Shown: positions 54,479 to 59,918 of the stretch, in pieces
Layout of the letters: the number at the start of each line of letters is the position of its first letter
How positions within the stretch are numbered: the stretch's first letter is position 1
Assembly (NCBI GenBank): GCA_947303585.1
Contig: CAMYYT010000003.1
Coordinates: forward strand, 1-59,918
DNA from: an uncultured Pseudomonadota bacterium
Lineage (GTDB): Bacteria > Pseudomonadota > Alphaproteobacteria > Rs-D84
Reading direction: 5' to 3'
Length of the DNA stretch: 59,918 bases
Notes under the pieces: generated by a model
Told to the model about the DNA's origin: nothing
Seen by the model: only the letters and a program-made list of their open reading frames with translations
Database searches by the model: none
Translations under genes and position numbers: made by a program

Positions 54479-56038
54479 ATGTTTAAGAAGTTAGCTATTA
54501 TATTTGTTTCGTTGTTTGGTATTTTGTTATCAGTACCAACATTGTGTCCTTCTTTGGCACCGTATTTTCCATCTTGGATACAGCCAATTCCATTGGGATT
54601 GGATTTGAAGGGTGGGGCGCAACTTTTGTTAGAAGTTGATACAGATGTTATGTTAAAAGAAAAGTCTGCTCAATTATATGACGAAGTGCGCAGCGCTATG
54701 ATAGATAGAAGCAAAGGTGTTATTCGTTTTTCTGAATTGCGTAATGATGGAAAAAGTGTAAGCTTGATTGTTCGTGAAGAAGACGAAGTATCTAAAGCCA
54801 AGGGGCGCTTGAAAAGCGTATTGGGAAATAATGTAGATATTACTTCTTCAGGTAAGAGTTTGACCGTATCGTATACTACAAAAGCACGTGAAGAAATGGT
54901 TCAAGATGCGATGAATCGTAGTATTGAAATTGTTCGTCGTCGTATTGATGCATTGGGAACAAAAGAACCTTCAATTCAATCTCAAGGTGGAAAATATATT
55001 TTGGTTCAATTGCCTGGTGTTGATAACCCGGAACGTATAAAAGAGCTGATTGGAAAAACTGCCAAGATGTCCTTTCATTTGGTTAATGAAAATATAACAA
55101 ATGAACAATTACAATCTGGACATGCGCCAAGCGGAACTATGTTTTTGCAATATATGGAAAATCCAGGACAATTGATACCTGTGTATTCTCGTGTGGAAGT
55201 GTCGGGGGACAGTTTGAAAAATTCACAGGCTGATTTTGATCAAAATAATATGCCTGTGGTGACAACTGAATTTGATGCTTCTGGAACGCGTCGTTTTGCA
55301 AAATTGACAACAGAACATGTTAATGAACGTTTTGCGATTGTGTTAGACGATAAAGTTTTGTCTGCACCTACGATTCGTGAACCGATTCCAGGGGGACGTG
55401 GTCAAATATCTGGTGGATTTACATTACAAGGTGCCAAAGATTTGGCTGTGTTATTGCGTAGTGGGGCTTTGCCTGCGCCACTTTCTGTGATAGAAGAAAG
55501 AACGGTTGGGGCGGGTCTTGGTGCTGATACTATTGCGACCGGTAAAATTGGTGCGGTAGTTGGTGTTATCTTTGTATTGGTATTTATGGCAATGCTTTAT
55601 GGTGTGTTCGGTTTGTTCGCTGATATCGTCTTGGTTGTCAATTTATTGATGATTATAGGTGTGTCGGCTTTGTTCGGGGCAACTTTGACTTTGCCTGGTA
55701 TTGCAGGTATCGTGTTGACTTTGGGTATGGCTGTGGACGCAAACATTTTACCGTTTGAAAGAATCAGAGACGAAGTACGCGCGGGAACACCGACATTGCG
55801 TGCTGTGGATTATGGTTTTGTACGTTCTACCAAAACTGTTTTGGACGGTGAATTAACGAATTTAATTTGTGCGTTGATTTTGTTCCAATTTGGTGCAGGT
55901 CCGATTCGTGGTTTTGCTGTAACTTTGTCGATTGGTGTTATGACAACTTTGTTTACATGCTTGTTGTTGACACGCGTTTTTGTAGACTATTACATGAACG
56001 GTAAAAACAAGAGAATCAAGTACATAAGAAATAAATAA
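54479..56038 (+). CDS. secD: Protein translocase subunit SecD
   Basis: GLDLKGG, VLDDKVLSAPTI, LTLPGIAGIVLTLGMAVDANIL blocks. 519 aa. Confidence 0.95.
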   Translation: MFKKLAIIFVSLFGILLSVPTLCPSLAPYFPSWIQPIPLGLDLKGGAQLLLEVDTDVMLKEKSAQLYDEVRSAMIDRSKGVIRFSELRNDGKSVSLIVREEDEVSKAKGRLKSVLGNNVDITSSGKSLTVSYTTKAREEMVQDAMNRSIEIVRRRIDALGTKEPSIQSQGGKYILVQLPGVDNPERIKELIGKTAKMSFHLVNENITNEQLQSGHAPSGTMFLQYMENPGQLIPVYSRVEVSGDSLKNSQADFDQNNMPVVTTEFDASGTRRFAKLTTEHVNERFAIVLDDKVLSAPTIREPIPGGRGQISGGFTLQGAKDLAVLLRSGALPAPLSVIEERTVGAGLGADTIATGKIGAVVGVIFVLVFMAMLYGVFGLFADIVLVVNLLMIIGVSALFGATLTLPGIAGIVLTLGMAVDANILPFERIRDEVRAGTPTLRAVDYGFVRSTKTVLDGELTNLICALILFQFGAGPIRGFAVTLSIGVMTTLFTCLLLTRVFVDYYMNGKNKRIKYIRNK

Positions 56039-56068
56039 TATAGTAAAAGTGCACAGAAGGAGTTATTT

Positions 56069-56932
56069 ATGAAACTGCATTTTATGAAATATCGTAAATT
56101 ATCATATTGGATTTCTGTAATCTGTATAGTGTTGTCGATATTGTCTATTGTGTTTAAGGGCTTTAATTATGGTATAGACTTTTCGGGTGGTATTTCTATG
56201 GAAGTAAAACCTACATCGGCTGAATATACCATAGATAAAATGCGCCATGATTTGGCAGAATTTAAGCCTGAATTACAGGCTGTGGATGGGGATGCTATTT
56301 TGTTGCGGGTTGGGCTGCCCAAAGGTTCAACAGACGAACAACAGAATGAACGTGTTAGTGAAATAAAAAATATTTTGGGTGACCATGTGACTTATTCTCA
56401 AGTTCAAGTGGTTGGACCAAAAATTGGTGGCGAATTAATACGTGGTGGTATTTTGGCTATATTGGTTTCGTTTGTTTTGATGTCTATTTATATTTGGGTA
56501 AGATATCGTGGTGGATATGCTGTGGGATCTTTTGTGTCTTTGATATTCGACCTTGTTTTGATGTTCGGGTTCTTTTCCATAGCAGGGCTTGAATTTAATC
56601 AAACCGCTATCGCAGTTATTTTAATGGGGGTAGGTTATTCCATTAATGATAAAGTGGTAAACTATGACAGAATAGACGAGAATATTAAAAAGTATCACAA
56701 GATGCCAATAAGTGATGTTATCGATTTATCTGTTAATGAAATGTTGTATCGAACAATTATGACAAGTGTGTCTACTATTTTGGCTATGGTTGGTATTTAT
56801 TTGTTCGGTGGGCAAATGTTGCAAGAATTTGCTATTGCGATGACTTTTTCAATTATCAGCGGAACATTAACAAGTATTTACATTTCTAATGTAATATTGT
56901 ATCATTTCAATCTGAGAGAGACAGAATATTAA
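56069..56932 (+). CDS. secF: Protein translocase subunit SecF
   Basis: GIDFSGG, LILMGVGYSINDKVV-type blocks. 287 aa, follows secD. Confidence 0.9.
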   Translation: MKLHFMKYRKLSYWISVICIVLSILSIVFKGFNYGIDFSGGISMEVKPTSAEYTIDKMRHDLAEFKPELQAVDGDAILLRVGLPKGSTDEQQNERVSEIKNILGDHVTYSQVQVVGPKIGGELIRGGILAILVSFVLMSIYIWVRYRGGYAVGSFVSLIFDLVLMFGFFSIAGLEFNQTAIAVILMGVGYSINDKVVNYDRIDENIKKYHKMPISDVIDLSVNEMLYRTIMTSVSTILAMVGIYLFGGQMLQEFAIAMTFSIISGTLTSIYISNVILYHFNLRETEY

Positions 56933-56978
56933 AACTTGTTATAGTCAGACCAAGTGGAGAAAAAGGGAGGAATCACAA

Positions 56979-58487
56979 ATGAAAATATATAAAATCTTTT
57001 TGATGCTTGGTCTGGTTGTTTTTCCGTTTGTCGCGGGTGCAACAGATTTATTTCACGATGATGTTAAAATTCAAGACGGCATGGATGTTCGTGCTACTTC
57101 AGAAGTATTTGCTGATATTTATGAAAAATTAGATGGTGTGAATTGGGCTGGAAAAAATATAGATGTTGTAATTGAAAGTTTGGAAAAATTAAATCCAAAT
57201 GCACATATTGCGGCGACAGGTGAACGTGCTGTGTTGGTGTGGGGGGACGAATTGATTGCTAATTTCCCATACCCAGAAAGTAAAGATTGGAAAGGTTATG
57301 GCGAAGTAACAACTGCGCTGCTTTTGAAAATGCGTGAAAGGGATGCGCAATTGCGTTCTCTTTATGACGCGGCTTTGTATCAAGTTGTGGTAAATGCCTT
57401 GCTTTCTGGAATTGATCAAAACGGTAATTATATTTATTCCAAAGATGTATTAAGTGGCGGAGATGATAAAATTTTAACCAGTATCGGTTTTGATGGTGGT
57501 CGTGATGAACGCGGTAATTTTCGTGTAACTGGGGTTTTCAAAGATTCTCCGGCAGATACGGCGGGTATTCGCGAAGGTGACATTGTATCCGAAGTAAACG
57601 GAATGCGTGTTGCGAATATGAGTGATGCTGATATGTCGGCGGTGTTGTCTGGGTATAATTCTGGGACTGCGAAATTAAAATTATTAACGCCGTTTGGGAA
57701 TCGAAATGTGACTTTGCGTCGTGCTACGGTTATTTTGGCAGATGCAGATGTTATACATCGTTCTGATGTAAACTCAAAAGGTGGTTTTTTAGAAATTGTC
57801 GTTCACAAGATATCTGATGGGGCTGTGAATATTATAAATGAAGCTCTGAATAAATATAAGGATACAGAAGGTATTATTTTAGATTTAAGAACCAGCAGCG
57901 GCGATGATGAAAAAGCTGCTGGGAAATTGGCTGGGTTGTTTATGGGACAAAAACCAGTTATGAGAATTGCTGAAACAGCGGTTGATGAATTGGAAGTTGT
58001 TCCAGGTGGTGAAGCGATAACTGCGGCACCTGTGGTTGTTTTGATTTCTGATACAACGCGTGGTACAGCAGAAGCAATTGCATCGGCTTTTTATGAAAAT
58101 AGTCGCGGCATATTGGTTGGAACCCCGACATCAGGGCGCGCCAGAATTGCAAGTTACATAGAATTAAATAATGGTGGCGTGTTGGAATTGTTGAACAAAT
58201 CTGTAAAGACAGGAGGCGGAAATTCTTTGGATGGTCGCGGCGTTTTCCCAATAGTTTGTTTGTCTAATATAAGAAATTCTGGTCAAGCAGAAGCGTTCTT
58301 TCTTAATGTCGCCAATGGTAATTTCAACATACGTGATTATAACAAAGTCAAAGATGTTGATGTCAAGGCTTTGCGCAAGGCATGTCCGAATATCACAAGT
58401 GGTACTGACGAAGATGCGATGTCTGCCTTGGTTGCTTTGAAATTATTGACAGATAAAAAAATTTATAGTGAACTAATGGATTTATAA
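56979..58487 (+). CDS. S41 (C-terminal processing peptidase)-like protein with a PDZ domain; catalytic dyad apparently not conserved
   Basis: Signal peptide. PDZ-like FRVTGVFKDSPADTAGIREGDIVSEVNG. S41 core blocks GIILDLR and VVVLISDTTRGTAEAIASAF...LVGTPTSGRARIAS align gap-free to the ..GSASASEI...GxxTFGKG.. consensus. Confidence 0.7.
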   Translation: MKIYKIFLMLGLVVFPFVAGATDLFHDDVKIQDGMDVRATSEVFADIYEKLDGVNWAGKNIDVVIESLEKLNPNAHIAATGERAVLVWGDELIANFPYPESKDWKGYGEVTTALLLKMRERDAQLRSLYDAALYQVVVNALLSGIDQNGNYIYSKDVLSGGDDKILTSIGFDGGRDERGNFRVTGVFKDSPADTAGIREGDIVSEVNGMRVANMSDADMSAVLSGYNSGTAKLKLLTPFGNRNVTLRRATVILADADVIHRSDVNSKGGFLEIVVHKISDGAVNIINEALNKYKDTEGIILDLRTSSGDDEKAAGKLAGLFMGQKPVMRIAETAVDELEVVPGGEAITAAPVVVLISDTTRGTAEAIASAFYENSRGILVGTPTSGRARIASYIELNNGGVLELLNKSVKTGGGNSLDGRGVFPIVCLSNIRNSGQAEAFFLNVANGNFNIRDYNKVKDVDVKALRKACPNITSGTDEDAMSALVALKLLTDKKIYSELMDL

Positions 58488-58488
58488 A

Positions 58489-59172
58489 ATGTTTATAAGA
58501 AAAGATAATACATTAAAATGGAATTGGATTATTATTGCGGGGTTAATTACACTCGCTTTGGTTTTGGCTTGTGTGTTTGGTTTGGACAAAGTATTGTATT
58601 CTTGGATACATAATCCGAATTGCTTTCAATGGAGCTTTGGTGGCGGATTTTTTTGTTCTGTTGCTTTTATATTGGGCAAAGTGTTCAGCACGAAAGTATG
58701 GTTGGCTTTGACTGCATTGTCAGTAATAACATTTTTCATTTACAAAGCGGTAAAGAACGAAAATGATTTTAGGTTTGCTTTTGTAAAAATAAAGAACAGT
58801 TATGCGTTTTATATTTTTTGTTCTGTGTGGTTGGCATTTTTAACAACTGGTGTTTTGAAATTTTTAATAGGTCGGTCCAGACCAATTATATTCGAAGCAT
58901 TAGATATGGTTTTGTTTGTTCCTGGGACATTTGAACACGTGTTTAATTCGATGCCGTCTGGACATACTGCGGTTACTTTTGCTGGATTGGTAATGATGGG
59001 ATTGTTGATACCGCGCATAAAATGGTTAACTTGGGCTTTGGCGATAACGGTTGCGATTTCGCGCGTTTATATCGGTGCGCATTGGTGTGGCGATGTTATA
59101 TTTGGGGCATTTATTGGTATGTTATGTGCCGATGTTATTAAAGTAGTTTTGAAAAAGATTAATACAAAATAA
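58489..59172 (+). CDS. PAP2-family lipid phosphatase
   Basis: Tripartite acid-phosphatase motif KFLIGRSRP ... PSGHT ... SRVYIGAHWCGD. Polytopic membrane protein. Confidence 0.85.
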   Translation: MFIRKDNTLKWNWIIIAGLITLALVLACVFGLDKVLYSWIHNPNCFQWSFGGGFFCSVAFILGKVFSTKVWLALTALSVITFFIYKAVKNENDFRFAFVKIKNSYAFYIFCSVWLAFLTTGVLKFLIGRSRPIIFEALDMVLFVPGTFEHVFNSMPSGHTAVTFAGLVMMGLLIPRIKWLTWALAITVAISRVYIGAHWCGDVIFGAFIGMLCADVIKVVLKKINTK

Positions 59173-59190
59173 TCATTTGGTTTTGTTAAC

Positions 59191-59218
59191 AAAAAAAACA
59201 CCCATTGGGTGTTTTTTT
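59191..59218. terminator. Bidirectional Rho-independent terminator
   Basis: AAAAAAAA CACCCA tt GGGTG TTTTTTT between the PAP2 gene (+) and rpsT (-). Confidence 0.75.
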
Positions 59219-59238
59219 GAAATTTGTTTCGCAAAAAA

Positions 59239-59499
59239 TTAAGCAATCTTGGCAACTTTCTTAGCAAGACGGGCAACTTTGCGAGAAGCGGTTTTCTTTG
59301 GCATTGTTTTGCCAGCTGCTTTCATGATTTTGCTTTCTGCTGCGCGTGTTGCAGCAACAGCAGCCGTTTTGTCACCAGATTCAATTGCGATTAACGCTTT
59401 CTTGGTTGCAGTTTTTACCGCGCTGCGACGGGCGGTATTAATTGCGTTCTTTTTTTCTGTTACCAAAATTCTTTTTTTGCATGATTTATGATTTGCCAC
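59239..59499 (-). CDS. rpsT: 30S ribosomal protein S20
   Basis: MANHKSCKKRILVTEKKNAINTARRS..., basic 86-aa protein typical of S20. Confidence 0.9.
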   Translation of the reverse strand: MANHKSCKKRILVTEKKNAINTARRSAVKTATKKALIAIESGDKTAAVAATRAAESKIMKAAGKTMPKKTASRKVARLAKKVAKIA

Positions 59500-59573
59500 T
59501 TTATTTTCCTTTTATTTTTGTTGGTTTTTATGTTATTTTATAAGAAAGAATTATAAAATCAAGGGAAAATAAC

Positions 59574-59918
59574 ATGATGTATCTAATTTCTTTAATTATT
59601 TCTTATTTGTTGGGGTCAATACCTTTTGGGCTGTTAATCGCAAAGTTGTTTAACAAAGGCGACATAAGAAAAGTCGGGTCTGGTAATATTGGTGCAACTA
59701 ATGTTATGCGCGTTGGGGGATTAAGATTGGCTGGGCTTGTTTGGTTGTTAGATATGGCCAAGGCTGTGGCCGCGGTTTTAATCGGTCGATATGTTGGCGG
59801 TGAAGTGTTGGCTGTGTGGTGTGGTTTTGCTGCTATTGTTGGACATTGTTTCCCAATATGGTTGCGTTTCCATGGCGGCAAAGGGGTATCTTGTTTGTTT
59901 GGGGTTTTATTGGCTGTT
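59574..59918 (+). CDS. plsY: Glycerol-3-phosphate acyltransferase PlsY, N-terminal 115 codons (runs off the window end)
   Basis: MMYLISLIISYLLGSIPFGLLIAKL...DIRKVGSGNIGATNVMR...GHCFPIWLRFHGGKGV, canonical PlsY motifs. Confidence 0.9.
   Translation, partial: MMYLISLIISYLLGSIPFGLLIAKLFNKGDIRKVGSGNIGATNVMRVGGLRLAGLVWLLDMAKAVAAVLIGRYVGGEVLAVWCGFAAIVGHCFPIWLRFHGGKGVSCLFGVLLAV

Noticed and set aside
1-59918. CRISPR arrays, IS elements or transposases, rRNA genes, restriction-modification or other recognisable defence genes.
   Set aside because: I saw no regularly spaced direct repeats. No DDE, HUH or serine-recombinase-like ORFs are present. No rRNA-like sequence and no methyltransferase or endonuclease pairs were recognised on either strand.

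Overview
AT-rich chromosomal segment (roughly one-third GC by eye) from a Gram-negative bacterium. The gene content fits a small-genome alphaproteobacterium (Rickettsiales/Holosporales-like), but that placement is inference only. Most of the window is densely packed housekeeping: gatB / tRNA-Phe / gatA / gatC, ruvX, sufBC, glmS, tRNA-Gly + tRNA-Tyr, a GH3 NagZ-like hydrolase, an LpoA-like lipoprotein, rsmI, engB, an AddB-like nuclease, xthA, mnmE, ruvA, yebC, secB, mltA, a DUF721/DciA-like gene, ruvC, recA, typA, serS, trxB, a J-domain protein, xerD, an lptF/G-family permease, greA, mutL, yajC-secD-secF, an S41-like protein, a PAP2 phosphatase, rpsT and plsY. Accessory or unusual content: (1) At 9.0-13.1 kb, an orphan lipoprotein secretin and a TcpQ/PilL-like partner lie next to two Cys-rich secreted proteins. 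Those two genes sit behind a leader ORF carrying a perfect (CA)10 tract and an intrinsic terminator, which I read as a candidate phase-variable attenuator. (2) At 16.06-17.25 kb, perfect 62-bp direct repeats bracket about 1 kb at the 3' end of tRNA-Tyr. The same region holds an inverted 17-nt tRNA fragment and a roughly 390-nt hairpin-rich noncoding stretch. (3) Three tandem 526-codon ANL (acyl-AMP-forming) ligase paralogs. (4) A 6.5-kb glycosyltransferase cluster directly behind recA. (5) An S41 peptidase homolog whose catalytic Ser and Lys both appear substituted. (6) Several unannotated small membrane ORFs. No CRISPR array, transposase, phage integrase or rRNA was seen. All family assignments come from motif recognition by eye, without database searches.
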